Positions 27,099 to 37,333 of a stretch of 64,000 bases of DNA are shown in pieces. Below the pieces are notes generated by a model, which worked only from the letters and a program-made list of their open reading frames with translations, was not told the origin of the DNA and searched no databases. The translations under genes were made by a program, and so were the position numbers. The stretch spans positions 271,631 to 335,630 of the IMG/VR virus record IMGVR_UViG_3300042391_000634; one strand, 5' to 3'. Positions within the stretch are counted from its first letter, which is position 1; each line of letters starts with the position of its first letter.

Positions 27099-27722
27099 CT
27101 ACACTTTTTTATTGTTAAATTTATTAAATTTCTTACAAATCGTTAATCCATGTCTATATGGAAACGATTCATTATGGTCTTTTGGTTTTGTACCTAAGTC
27201 AATAACTTGATATCCAATATCAAAAAAATGATTAGACAAATCTCTTTCATCTGGTTGATGAATCCATCCAACACCATTATAAAATGAATGACTGGTTGTT
27301 TTTTGATAATGTAAATTAGTATCGTGTAAAACCAAGACCGTATCATCGTCTATTATACCACATTCCACCATGTTATTAAAAAAAGATAAGGAATAATTAT
27401 AGTTATGACAATCAAAAAATACCATATCAACTCTATCTTTAATATCGTCTTTAACCACTCGTTCTACAGATTTAATAATTGTTATATGATTAGGTGAAAT
27501 TGGGGTTAGGTTAGTAATATCAATAGTATAAACAGTACCATCTGTGCCGACTGATTCTAAAAAGTTTTTTGCGGAATAACCATGAAGTCCCCCCACCTCA
27601 ATTATTCTTTTAAAAACGCATGTTTTTATTATTGAAAATAAAACCAATGCTTCGTCGTCTTGAATTGGCCCTAAAACCATTTGACTAGGTTCTTGTGTAA
27701 GATGTTCTAAATTATATTTCAT
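27099..27722 (-). CDS. class I SAM methyltransferase (Methyltransf_24-like)
   Basis: IIEVGGLHGYS, VFFDCH, VLHDT. Confidence 0.72.
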   Translation of the reverse strand: MKYNLEHLTQEPSQMVLGPIQDDEALVLFSIIKTCVFKRIIEVGGLHGYSAKNFLESVGTDGTVYTIDITNLTPISPNHITIIKSVERVVKDDIKDRVDMVFFDCHNYNYSLSFFNNMVECGIIDDDTVLVLHDTNLHYQKTTSHSFYNGVGWIHQPDERDLSNHFFDIGYQVIDLGTKPKDHNESFPYRHGLTICKKFNKFNNKKV

Positions 27723-27738
27723 TTCATTTCATTTCATT

Positions 27739-28335
27739 TTATTTTATTTTATTATTAAAAACGTAAAACATCATCCTCTCAAATTCCCAAGGAGATTGTT
27801 CTCTTTCTTCAGTTATTTTTTTACACTTCTCATAAAAAGAAATGTCTCTCATTCTTATTTGTTCTTTAGTCACACAAAATAAACAACCGGCAACAAACGG
27901 ATATTCACCAATTGGAGGTGATGTAAATAATGATGACCATAATGTGTTGATGTTTAATACTGGTACGTGGTGAGGTAGACCGTTTGATTGACTTACCAAT
28001 TTTTCTTTAAACACACCATTACTAAAAAAATGACAATCATCGATATTCAATTTACTATAACCTAATGAATTAGGAAAAACATCTAATATCCAATCATAAT
28101 TCTTAACGTGGTCAAATGGTTCAGCTTGAGTAAAGAAAACCCAATCAGATAAATTATTGTAATTAGTCACGATGTGATGAAAATATGTGTGCATCTCCCT
28201 ACCAACATTATCTAATTTAATAGTGTTTAAAATTTCAACATTTGATTTATTGTAAATGATAATTTTATAATCCTTTACTTTATTTAACCAATTTAAATTT
28301 TCTTTATAGTATGATACAACTAATTCTTTTGTCAT
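27739..28335 (-). CDS. DUF3431-like protein
   Basis: YKENLNW, NVGREMHTY, FTQAEPFDH, FER. Confidence 0.72.
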   Translation of the reverse strand: MTKELVVSYYKENLNWLNKVKDYKIIIYNKSNVEILNTIKLDNVGREMHTYFHHIVTNYNNLSDWVFFTQAEPFDHVKNYDWILDVFPNSLGYSKLNIDDCHFFSNGVFKEKLVSQSNGLPHHVPVLNINTLWSSLFTSPPIGEYPFVAGCLFCVTKEQIRMRDISFYEKCKKITEEREQSPWEFERMMFYVFNNKIK

Positions 28336-29331
28336 TTATTTTGTTTTCCAAAATGAATAAATTCCTTTATCTAATTCGTAGAACGGCCACACAAATCTCT
28401 CTCTAACTGGTTGACTTTTAACCCACTCCCACATTTTAGTTAGACCTTCTTTTAAATCTGTTTTATGTTCAAAATCTAACAGGTCAATTGACTTTTGCCA
28501 AGTTGGTATAGAGTGTTTAACCTCGTGTCTACCTTCAAAATATTTCACTTCACCTCCACCAACTACTTCACGTAAAATTTCGTTAGCTTCATTGATTGAA
28601 TATTCTTTTACACCACCTAGATTAATTATCTCTTTCGATGCTCTAATATCTTGAGAAGCTTTCCATAATGGTTCAAGACTGTCATCAATATAACTAAACG
28701 CTCTTGTTTGTGTACCGTCACCAAATATTGTCATTGGTTCATTGATTGTGTGTTGATACATCCAAATACCTAATACGTTTCTATATTTGTCCCATACGTT
28801 TTGTTTAACACCGTAAACATTGTGAGGTCTAATGATACACCAATCAAGTCCGTGTTGTTCACCGGCAATCTGTATATCCATTTCACAACCATATTTAGCG
28901 ACACCGTAAGGGTCAATAGGTTTAGGAACTTGAATCTCATCAAACATGTTACCATCTTGATGACCATACACCGCTAATGTCGATGTGAATACTAATCTTT
29001 TAATATTGTGTTTAATACATTGTGTAATAATACGTGATGTTGCAACTAAATTGTTTTGATAGTTATATGTTCTAATAAATGGTGATAATCCTTCAGCAGC
29101 ATAAGCCGCAAAGTGATAAACGTAATCAAATTGGTGTCTTTCAAAACATTCTTCAACATTACCATTAACTAAATTCATCTCCCATAACTCCACTTTAGAA
29201 TTAACATTTTCTTTATAACCACCACTCATATCGTCTATACCAACAATATGAACATCGGGATGATTTTCAATAATGTAATCTGATAATCTTGACCCAAGTA
29301 AACCCGCAACTCCTGTAATTAAAATTTTCAT
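28336..29331 (-). CDS. NAD-dependent epimerase/dehydratase
   Basis: TGVAGLLGS, YGVAK (YxxxK), RPHNVYG. Confidence 0.9.
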   Translation of the reverse strand: MKILITGVAGLLGSRLSDYIIENHPDVHIVGIDDMSGGYKENVNSKVELWEMNLVNGNVEECFERHQFDYVYHFAAYAAEGLSPFIRTYNYQNNLVATSRIITQCIKHNIKRLVFTSTLAVYGHQDGNMFDEIQVPKPIDPYGVAKYGCEMDIQIAGEQHGLDWCIIRPHNVYGVKQNVWDKYRNVLGIWMYQHTINEPMTIFGDGTQTRAFSYIDDSLEPLWKASQDIRASKEIINLGGVKEYSINEANEILREVVGGGEVKYFEGRHEVKHSIPTWQKSIDLLDFEHKTDLKEGLTKMWEWVKSQPVRERFVWPFYELDKGIYSFWKTK

Positions 29332-29942
29332 ACTTTATAATAATTTTCTTTTAAATCATTTTCGTTTACATAATTTATTTTTTTCATAATGACTTGATAA
29401 CCATTGTTAACTATTTCTAAATATTTGTGATATCCATGATAAAACGCGTCAGCACCAGTTTTAACTTGCATATATTGTTCTTGTTCAAGTCCTCCACCGT
29501 AATCGTCAAATATAATATAACCATTATTTTTCAAACAGTAAAATGCATTAACAGCATCTTCTAAAACATATTTACACATATGATTACCATCAATGTAAAC
29601 AAAGTCTAAAAACTCTTTAGTGTCACCGTTATGGTTAAATGTTTTAAAACTATCGGCCGACTCACCTAAAATATATGTTACCTTATCTTCATATGGTTTA
29701 ATATTGTTCTCAATAAATTCATTTGTATTAATATCCATTATATAATGATGTGAACCTTCCTTTTTACAGAATTCATCTAAAATATAAACTGAAGAACCAC
29801 CATACAATGCACCTATTTCTAAACATACTCTTGGTTCATCACCATAGTTAGGTAAAAAATGGTCCCATGCATCCACATGATTTAAAAAGAAATAACGTTC
29901 TCCTTCTGGATATTTAAAATGTTCGGGGTATTGATATGACAT
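29328..29942 (-). CDS. class I SAM methyltransferase (Methyltransf_24-like)
   Basis: LEIGALYGGS, YIDGNH, IFDDY. Confidence 0.78.
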   Translation of the reverse strand: MSYQYPEHFKYPEGERYFFLNHVDAWDHFLPNYGDEPRVCLEIGALYGGSSVYILDEFCKKEGSHHYIMDINTNEFIENNIKPYEDKVTYILGESADSFKTFNHNGDTKEFLDFVYIDGNHMCKYVLEDAVNAFYCLKNNGYIIFDDYGGGLEQEQYMQVKTGADAFYHGYHKYLEIVNNGYQVIMKKINYVNENDLKENYYKV

Positions 29943-29944
29943 AA

Positions 29945-30676
29945 TTAATTTTTTTTATACATAAAGTTATAAACACCACAATCTTCCACATCACATGAAA
30001 CGTGTATGTTGTTTAACCATATTTTAGGGGTTTTTGTTGGTGTGTAATCGGATTGACCCCTATTACAAAGAATTAACCAATCTTCATATGTTTTATAATA
30101 GTAATGATTTAATTGAATAATATCTGTAGGGCCGTTGGGATTGAATGGGCCTCTAAAAAAATTCCTATTAGTGTCCATTAATTTATTTGATGGGTTGTGA
30201 GGTAAAGACATTGTTGATTCACTTTTTAAATTCAATAAAGTTTTTATATGATGATTAACATCTTTATCTCTAAATGTAAATTGTTTTATCAATGAATTTT
30301 TATTTTCATTATCTCTAACTAATTTATTATTAGAACCAAACATATACCAGTTCATCGATATTCCAAATTCATTATGGTATTCTAATATAAATTCTTTAAT
30401 ATTAGAATGTTTTTTTAGATGTATAAATTCATCACAATCAATGAAGGCAACCCAGTCATAATCATTTTTATATTTAGAAATAAAATCATTATACGATTTT
30501 ACTTGCTTGTGCTTACCTGGAAAATCAACAAGTATAATATTAGGATGGTTAATTTTACATTTCCAATCGTTTTGATAAATTATAATATCGTCAAAACCTA
30601 ATTTTAAATGATAATTACACCACTCCTCGATATAATGGTCCTCATCCTTTGCAATACACATAACCGATATTCTCAT
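29945..30676 (-). CDS. GT92/GT2-like glycosyltransferase
   Basis: KDEDHYIEEW..YH, FIDCDEF, LNHY. Confidence 0.78.
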   Translation of the reverse strand: MRISVMCIAKDEDHYIEEWCNYHLKLGFDDIIIYQNDWKCKINHPNIILVDFPGKHKQVKSYNDFISKYKNDYDWVAFIDCDEFIHLKKHSNIKEFILEYHNEFGISMNWYMFGSNNKLVRDNENKNSLIKQFTFRDKDVNHHIKTLLNLKSESTMSLPHNPSNKLMDTNRNFFRGPFNPNGPTDIIQLNHYYYKTYEDWLILCNRGQSDYTPTKTPKIWLNNIHVSCDVEDCGVYNFMYKKN

Positions 30677-31293
30677 AATGAACTATAGTAGTTGTTTTGT
30701 TTTTCTTGACGATCAATCGTCTTATGGTGTTGTATACAATATTCTTCATCTAATGGTAATGATGAAAATTTCTGACCACCTATTATTCGTTCGTGAACCT
30801 TACCATACCAAGTCATTCCTTTACGGTATATTCGTCCTTGAGCATCAGGAAAGTTTACCCATCCTTTTTTATTAACATTCCAACCCCATTTATTAATATG
30901 TTCTTGTGTTATACCATTAACAGTATTAATACGAGGAACAAATATTAAATCAACCTTTGGATTTAATTCTAATATCTGATGGAGATTTTTAATTACATAT
31001 TCACTAACCATTTCATCGGCATCTATTTGATAGATATAATCTCCCTGACAGTAATCATTCAATTTGTTTTTCCAATCCGCAAAGTTACCACCAAAATCAA
31101 ACCCTCTCCACGTTTGAACGTGAGGGAATTTATTATATGGTAATAAGAAATCTAATATTTCGGGATTGCCGTTCTTCTCATCATAGAGAATAACAATCTC
31201 ATCTTCCTTTCTTTTATGTTCAAATAAAAATGGAACTAATCTTTTTATTTCCTCTAATTCATTACAAACTGTAATTGCAAAACTTATTTTCAT
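30673..31293 (-). CDS. GT2 glycosyltransferase
   Basis: ISFAITVCNE, QIDADE, GKVHE. Confidence 0.82.
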   Translation of the reverse strand: MKISFAITVCNELEEIKRLVPFLFEHKRKEDEIVILYDEKNGNPEILDFLLPYNKFPHVQTWRGFDFGGNFADWKNKLNDYCQGDYIYQIDADEMVSEYVIKNLHQILELNPKVDLIFVPRINTVNGITQEHINKWGWNVNKKGWVNFPDAQGRIYRKGMTWYGKVHERIIGGQKFSSLPLDEEYCIQHHKTIDRQEKQNNYYSSL

Positions 31294-31294
31294 A

Positions 31295-31537
31295 TTATGC
31301 TCTTTGTCCTCTGTTTATTCTTCCCGTTAATATATTTATTACTTCGTTGTCAATTTCTTCCACAATTTGTTCCGACATTAATCTTGTTAATTCAGCCTCA
31401 GCATCAATTCCATGATAATAATTTAAATCATCAACCAATTCAGGTCTCCATTGTGCTCGTAATGTTCTAACGATATTCTGAATACCTTCCGATTGAATTG
31501 TTATCCCATGAAAAAATCTAAACTGTCTAACTCCCAT
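31295..31537 (-). CDS. 80-aa protein consisting largely of a T4 gp23 (major capsid protein)-like segment
   Basis: RTLRAQWRPELVDDLNYYHGIDAEAELTRLMSEQIVEEIDNEVI resembles the conserved gp23 R-L-A-x-ELAQDL-x-HG-DA-AEL block. Confidence 0.72.
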   Translation of the reverse strand: MGVRQFRFFHGITIQSEGIQNIVRTLRAQWRPELVDDLNYYHGIDAEAELTRLMSEQIVEEIDNEVINILTGRINRGQRA

Positions 31538-31538
31538 A

Positions 31539-31769
31539 TTATTGTCTTTCTCTTGTGAATAATTTAAATACTCTACCATTATCATTAAATGTCATTTCAG
31601 TATTACTCGTTGGACTTAAACGAATACTACAATCATTCGGACCATGAGCAAAAATAACTGGTTCATCATCACCAAATTGAAAACAAAATTCAACATTTGA
31701 TGGTTCAAATGAGACCGGTGTAAAACATAATGTAGGTGTTTCATCACCTTTAAAAAATTTGAAGTTCAT
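31539..31769 (-). CDS. hypothetical protein (N-terminal FKFFKG)
   Basis: 76-aa ORF within the operon. Confidence 0.55.
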   Translation of the reverse strand: MNFKFFKGDETPTLCFTPVSFEPSNVEFCFQFGDDEPVIFAHGPNDCSIRLSPTSNTEMTFNDNGRVFKLFTRERQ

Positions 31770-33031
31770 TATTTAACTTTATTTAATTTAGGTAATATTA
31801 ATTTAGTTTGTTGTGGAGGAGGTTGAAACGCAATTGAATAAGGTTTTAATATCTCACCAAACTTAACTTTCATTTTTTCTAAAGAAAAATTTTCTTTATT
31901 TTCTTCTTTAAGTTTTAATGACTTCAATAAAAAATTACTATAATCATTTTTAACTATTTTCATAATTTCAGCAGCTTCACCGTAGTTCGCCGTAAACCAT
32001 TTAGATCCTTTAATGATGAACTGATCAATTGCACTATCGTCAACATCTGTTAATTTACCACCAACCATAACGGATTTATCCATAGGTAAAAAATCTTTAT
32101 GTCCCGACCAATTAGAGGCAATAACGGGTTTTCCTGACATTGTGAATTCTAATAGTGGTCTACCGAATCCCTCACCTTTAGTAATCGATACCATAGATTT
32201 TATTTTTGGATGATTATACAAATCATTCATTTCTTTATTAGTAAGGTCACCAAATAACAAATATATTGAAGGTGGATTTTGTATATCGGTAACAACATCT
32301 TTAATTTTCTTTATAAACAAATCTCTTTCTTTAATTGAGAAATTAGATGATGATGTTTTTAATACTAATGCCGGCATATCCCTACCATCTTTAAATGATT
32401 CAACAAAACATTTAATTAACATACCAATGTCTTTTCTATCTTGACCTATATTACCTTTTAACCAATGACCAACAAATAAAAATGCAAAGTTTTCTTTTAT
32501 ATCCAATTTAAAATCTTTATTAATTACATCATTAAATATTGATGTATCAACACCCTCAAATAGAACCTCAATAGGTTTTTCTATTCTATGTTGTTTAATT
32601 ATTTCATTTGTATTTTTATTTCTTTCGTCATAAACCGTTGATAATAAAACTTCTTTAGAAAAATTAGATGTTGCAATAATTAAATCCATTTGATTACAAC
32701 CATCAACCCAATCTTTAGGGGCTACAGTTGTTTCAATACCTGCGGTGATACCAATGTTAAATTTACCAAATCTACGAAACTCATTAGGTACAGTAACTTG
32801 AATGTAGATGTCTGGTAATCCTTCAAATCTTGTTGTAATATTAGATTCAATCCATTTATGAAATGTATTGTCAGGTTCTAATGCAGTCATAGGTGTGTTA
32901 CCCCATACACAACTATCAATCTTTATATTAAAAAGATTCATTTGATATAATGATTCTAATAAATCTCTTGAATGTGATCCATAACCACTTCTTGTTTTAA
33001 CCGGTCCTCTAAATAATATTGTTGGTTTCAT
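31769..33031 (-). CDS. GT4 glycosyltransferase
   Basis: SGYG, DRKD, GEGFGRPLLE, WSGHKDF. Confidence 0.85.
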   Translation of the reverse strand: MKPTILFRGPVKTRSGYGSHSRDLLESLYQMNLFNIKIDSCVWGNTPMTALEPDNTFHKWIESNITTRFEGLPDIYIQVTVPNEFRRFGKFNIGITAGIETTVAPKDWVDGCNQMDLIIATSNFSKEVLLSTVYDERNKNTNEIIKQHRIEKPIEVLFEGVDTSIFNDVINKDFKLDIKENFAFLFVGHWLKGNIGQDRKDIGMLIKCFVESFKDGRDMPALVLKTSSSNFSIKERDLFIKKIKDVVTDIQNPPSIYLLFGDLTNKEMNDLYNHPKIKSMVSITKGEGFGRPLLEFTMSGKPVIASNWSGHKDFLPMDKSVMVGGKLTDVDDSAIDQFIIKGSKWFTANYGEAAEIMKIVKNDYSNFLLKSLKLKEENKENFSLEKMKVKFGEILKPYSIAFQPPPQQTKLILPKLNKVK

Positions 33032-34392
33032 TAAATTACTTTATATAAATTAAATCTCTCTCTTGGAGTGAAATTTTTTATTGTTTTGTTAATCCCATCA
33101 CACATTTTATCACACATAATTTTCGATGATAGGTTTTTAATTGCCCATTCTCTTCCCTTTAAACCTCTTTCTTTTCTTTCTTCTTTAGACCAATTATACA
33201 TTTCCATTATCGTATCGGCAACATCATTGTTATTAACTCTATCATCGTACAAGTAAGGTGTTAATGGTGAACCATTTAAATTAATTGCTGATGACCATAT
33301 AGGTATAACCCATTCACCATATGGGATAGTTTCATAATCCTTTTTACTGTGTAATGTTTCTATATTTATATAATCATTTTCTGTAAACGGAAATCCACAT
33401 TGGTCTTGTAATCCACCTGTTACATTAACAATAATAGGGGTTCCAGCCATTATACTTTCGGCGGTACCTAAACCAAATCCTTCATTATTTGCAATGTTAA
33501 TCGTACAATCAGCAAGATTATATAATTTATTTAAAACATCAGACTCAATTTTAGACTGAGAAAATATTACGTCATAATTTGGACATATCTTATCTCTAAC
33601 AGCGTATAAATCAGTACCATTGTTATCTATAGGAGTTGTGTGCATTAATAAAACACATCTCTTTGATTTTTCTTTAGGAAGTTTATCACAAAACAACTTA
33701 AAAGAATTAATAACATCTGAAGGTTGTTTTCTACGAATATTTCTACTGTTAAAAAACAAAACAAAATCATATTCTTTATCACCAAACAAATCTTTTTTTA
33801 CATCAATCAATTCTTTATCCTCCAATGGTTTAAATGTATCTTGATTGATACCGTGAGGAACGTAACTAATTTGCCAATCTTGTAATGGTTTACAAAAACC
33901 GTCATCTAATTTACCAACACGGTGGACAATTCCATATGTTAATTTAGAAATACAACCTAACCAATCACAACTTTCGTAGTAGTTTTTATTATATAATGGG
34001 TCCGGTGTGTTATCCCAAATATGGTAATAAAGAATTGGAACTTGTTGTCTAATTTCATGTTCATTGTCATATAACCATTGCCAATAGTGAGGATCGGTAA
34101 AGTGTAATATTGCATCGATTTTAAATTCACTTAATAATTTTCTTAAAATGTTTATATCACCGTAACTATTGTATGGTATAATTTTTAATTCAGCATCGGC
34201 AATTCCAGTTTTTTCTCTAATGTCGGTATCCACATCAACCATTTTTCCATTTTCAGGATGATTAATACCAGCACCTAATTGAACCCAATTAAATCTATCT
34301 ACAGTACCCATTACAATTTCTCTTGACATAGTGGAAATTCCCGATGTCATTCGTAAATCGTCTGATAATAATAAAATTCTTTTTTTACCCAT
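33031..34392 (-). CDS. GT4 glycosyltransferase
   Basis: VPHGI, RNIRRK, NEGFGLGTAES, TGGLQDQ. Confidence 0.87.
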   Translation of the reverse strand: MGKKRILLLSDDLRMTSGISTMSREIVMGTVDRFNWVQLGAGINHPENGKMVDVDTDIREKTGIADAELKIIPYNSYGDINILRKLLSEFKIDAILHFTDPHYWQWLYDNEHEIRQQVPILYYHIWDNTPDPLYNKNYYESCDWLGCISKLTYGIVHRVGKLDDGFCKPLQDWQISYVPHGINQDTFKPLEDKELIDVKKDLFGDKEYDFVLFFNSRNIRRKQPSDVINSFKLFCDKLPKEKSKRCVLLMHTTPIDNNGTDLYAVRDKICPNYDVIFSQSKIESDVLNKLYNLADCTINIANNEGFGLGTAESIMAGTPIIVNVTGGLQDQCGFPFTENDYINIETLHSKKDYETIPYGEWVIPIWSSAINLNGSPLTPYLYDDRVNNNDVADTIMEMYNWSKEERKERGLKGREWAIKNLSSKIMCDKMCDGINKTIKNFTPRERFNLYKVI

Positions 34393-34393
34393 A

Positions 34394-34591
34394 TTAATAT
34401 TTTGACCCACTCACAGATAAATCTGTGTAATTGTTTATTTTATTTCTAAATGCATCATCTTTAACATAAAGATCTAATGTACGATTAACTAATTTTTGTA
34501 GGTTAATATTACCATCAATTGCATTTATTTTAAATTTTCTGTAAACGTCTTCCAATACATGGACACTCGTTAATTTTTTTTCTACTTTCAT
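34394..34591 (-). CDS. small putative ribbon-helix-helix DNA-binding protein
   Basis: KLTSVHV strand followed by two helices; first gene of the minus-strand GT operon. Confidence 0.45.
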   Translation of the reverse strand: MKVEKKLTSVHVLEDVYRKFKINAIDGNINLQKLVNRTLDLYVKDDAFRNKINNYTDLSVSGSKY

Positions 34592-34627
34592 ATTCAATTA
34601 TATATTTAGATATATATTACTAATTCA

Positions 34628-34657
34628 AAAAATATCGCCAATTAAGACGATATTTTT
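34628..34657 (-). terminator. intrinsic terminator-like hairpin
   Basis: AAAAATATCG ... CGATATTTTT, downstream of the minus-strand ORF 34681..34848. Confidence 0.55.
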
Positions 34658-34680
34658 AATTATCATTAATATTAACGATA

Positions 34681-34848
34681 CTAAGTGTTAAGTTGATTTA
34701 ACTTAGCAATTATTGCATCAACAGTTTTTTGTTGTTCTTCTGTTAGTGTTGGAGATTGTGTAGGTTGAGATTGGTCAACAGTCACATTAACTTCCGCAGG
34801 TTGATTTACAACCTCTGTGTTTTTATTTTTTTTACAGCCGCATCCCAT
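34681..34848 (-). CDS. 55-aa protein starting MGCGCKK
   Basis: Translated by hand; has its own TATTTATA motif (34863-34870, minus strand) and terminator. Confidence 0.7.
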   Translation of the reverse strand: MGCGCKKNKNTEVVNQPAEVNVTVDQSQPTQSPTLTEEQQKTVDAIIAKLNQLNT

Positions 34849-34940
34849 AGTATTTCTTTTTTTATAAATATTTTGGTTTATTGTTTTTATTTCTTATATT
34901 TTAATAATACAAAAAATAAATTTTAAAATCAATAAAAAAC

Positions 34941-35624
34941 ATGAAAATAGGTGTTCAAGGTTGTTCCCATTCTTCCGACAGTTACGGACACCCGTGGCAT
35001 TACTATTTAGGTCAAGAATATAGTGCGGACATTAAATTTGGGGCATCCTCAGGTTCAGGTAATGAAATCAACATTGAGAAGGTTAAAATGTTAATAAATC
35101 GTTATCCTGATATGAAAACCTTTATTTTACAACTTACCGACCCCTCAAGATTAGATTTTGGTATAGATAATATTGATTATGATTGGTTATATAGAGATAA
35201 AGAATTAATAAATTTAAGACACTATACGGTTAGATTAAATAATAATGACGGCGAACTTAAACATCATTTTAGAAATAAATATGAGATACATGATTTTTTT
35301 AAGAATCATGTTTTAACATCAGATTTAAATATCAAATATAAAATTTTTCATACATTAATGTCAATTCAATACATATGTAATTTTTATGATATTAAAGTAA
35401 TTTTTATAAGTTGGTTTGTTGATTTACAATCACTTGCAAAAGAAATTGGTTATAGTGATATATTGGATAAAATGAACGTATTAAAAGGAACGGTTATGGA
35501 TTTTATTGATAAAAATAAAGTAATGGAAATCCCTGGTAACGGACACTACGGATCAAAAGAACATAAAAGAATATTTGAAGAATATATAAACCCACAATTA
35601 ATAAAATATAATATAAATGGATAA
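34941..35624 (+). CDS. SGNH-like hydrolase
   Basis: GCSH, GSGN, GHYG. Confidence 0.62.
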   Translation: MKIGVQGCSHSSDSYGHPWHYYLGQEYSADIKFGASSGSGNEINIEKVKMLINRYPDMKTFILQLTDPSRLDFGIDNIDYDWLYRDKELINLRHYTVRLNNNDGELKHHFRNKYEIHDFFKNHVLTSDLNIKYKIFHTLMSIQYICNFYDIKVIFISWFVDLQSLAKEIGYSDILDKMNVLKGTVMDFIDKNKVMEIPGNGHYGSKEHKRIFEEYINPQLIKYNING

Positions 35625-36309
35625 GGATTTCAAAATGGTTAAAAGTGTCTACACCTCAAACTTTGACGCAATTACGAACATAATGCACCTTTATAACATA
35701 GAAAGGTTTGATTTAGATTGTACATACTCTAAAGGTAGTTTTTGGAAAGACTTACCTGGACCCGTTTATAAGACAGATTTAATACCTGCAAATGATACGG
35801 TAGTTGAGGCTAATTCTGAGAATCTACCGTTTGAGGATGGGTCAATGAGAACTATTATGTATGATCCTCCATTTGTTGTGGCTGGAGCATCCTATAAGAA
35901 CAATAAAGAAGGTAGCTCAATCATAGCAAAAAGATTTGAGGGGTATACTAATTATAAAGAATTAACTGACAATTATTACAATACATTAAAAGAATTATAT
36001 AGGGTATGTCAGAAAGGTGGGTATGTTGTAATGAAATGTCAGGACACAGTATCAGGAGGTAAGAATCACTTTACACATTGTCTTATTATGAACATGGCTA
36101 TGGAGATTGGGTTCTATCCAAGAGATATGTTTATTCTTCATAACAAGGTGAGAATAAATAGTTTTGGAACAAAATGGACTAAACAAGAACATGCAAGAAA
36201 ATATCATAGTTACTATTGGGTATTTGAGAAAGTGAAACCAAGAGTAAAATATGATTTTATAACCCCAATTAAATTAGAAATAGATATCGATGAGTCACCA
36301 AATAATTAA
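35617..36309 (+). CDS. putative DNA amino-methyltransferase
   Basis: DLDCTYSKGSFW, YDPPF, ELYRV..KGG. Confidence 0.65.
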   Translation: MDKDFKMVKSVYTSNFDAITNIMHLYNIERFDLDCTYSKGSFWKDLPGPVYKTDLIPANDTVVEANSENLPFEDGSMRTIMYDPPFVVAGASYKNNKEGSSIIAKRFEGYTNYKELTDNYYNTLKELYRVCQKGGYVVMKCQDTVSGGKNHFTHCLIMNMAMEIGFYPRDMFILHNKVRINSFGTKWTKQEHARKYHSYYWVFEKVKPRVKYDFITPIKLEIDIDESPNN

Positions 36310-36958
36310 TAAAGATTTTAGAACTTGTGAAATTCCAAGTGGATTAACAATAACTGACCCACCATATAATCAAGATTATTCATATAATGAATATGACGAT
36401 AAATTGACCGATGAACAGTATATTGAATTATTATCACACATCCCAACCCCTTGTGTTATAATACACTACCCTGAGGAAACGATTAATATATTACCAAAAG
36501 CAATTAAAGCAAAATGTGAACAAGTTGTTTGTTGGGTATATAATTCTAACACAGGAAAACAAAGTAGATTAATTTCTTGGTGGGGATGTAAACCTGATTT
36601 TAGAAAGGTTAGACAACCTTATAAAAATTTGAAAGATAAGAGAATACAAAAAAGAATATCGGAGGGGAAAACAGGTGCAAAATTATATGATTGGTGGGAA
36701 ATTAATCAGGTAAAGAATGTTAGTAAAGAAAAGACCGACCACCCTTGTCAAATCCCTGAAGAGTTAATAAAACGAATCATAATAACAACCGCTAAGGAAA
36801 ATCAGACTATAATTGATGTCTTTGGAGGTAGTGGAACAACGTCAAAGGTTGCGAATGATTTGGGTTATGATACCATATCATATGAAATAGACCCATTGTA
36901 TTGTCAAATTGCGGAAAATAGAATTAAACAGGATTTTGAGGAGACCCCAAATACATAG
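36290..36958 (+). CDS. DNA N4/N6 methyltransferase (beta class)
   Basis: TDPPYN, HPCQIP, DVFGGSGTT. Confidence 0.88.
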   Translation: MSHQIINKDFRTCEIPSGLTITDPPYNQDYSYNEYDDKLTDEQYIELLSHIPTPCVIIHYPEETINILPKAIKAKCEQVVCWVYNSNTGKQSRLISWWGCKPDFRKVRQPYKNLKDKRIQKRISEGKTGAKLYDWWEINQVKNVSKEKTDHPCQIPEELIKRIIITTAKENQTIIDVFGGSGTTSKVANDLGYDTISYEIDPLYCQIAENRIKQDFEETPNT

Positions 36959-37286
36959 CCACTTTATCACCAATTTTCCAACCATCGGTAGAACCCGAGG
37001 GAAATTCAATAACATGGTCACCAATACCCGTGTAACGGGGTAAGGTCATTCGATGTGGGTCTTCAACAGGACAATTACGATGAATGTGACTGATACGTTT
37101 ATTGAGGATAAAAACGATATCTAATGGGATTAAACAATTCTTCATCCAAAATGAATGATGACCTCTACCCATTTTGAATACCATACAACCGTTTAGTTCT
37201 TCTCTACCCATCATACCTCTTTCAATATCCTCAGGTGTAGACAAGTATTCGGCGGCAAATGTTTTATTATTAATGTGAACTGACAT
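36924..37286 (-). CDS. DUF192 family protein
   Basis: RGMMGR, FWMKNCLIPLDIVF, VIE. Confidence 0.85.
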   Translation of the reverse strand: MSVHINNKTFAAEYLSTPEDIERGMMGREELNGCMVFKMGRGHHSFWMKNCLIPLDIVFILNKRISHIHRNCPVEDPHRMTLPRYTGIGDHVIEFPSGSTDGWKIGDKVAMYLGSPQNPV

Positions 37287-37333
37287 ATCTATAATTATTT
37301 GGAATTATCAAAATATATCATTATATTTAAACT

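Noticed and set aside
27719-27752. (TCATT)n and (TTTTA)n short repeats between genes
   Set aside because: On the coding minus strand this is an A-rich initiation region with AAATG repeats; low complexity and expected at this AT content.
1-34591. Bacterial capsule or O-antigen locus
   Set aside because: No flippase, polymerase or export genes; interleaved with fibre and capsid-like genes in phage-type gene packing.
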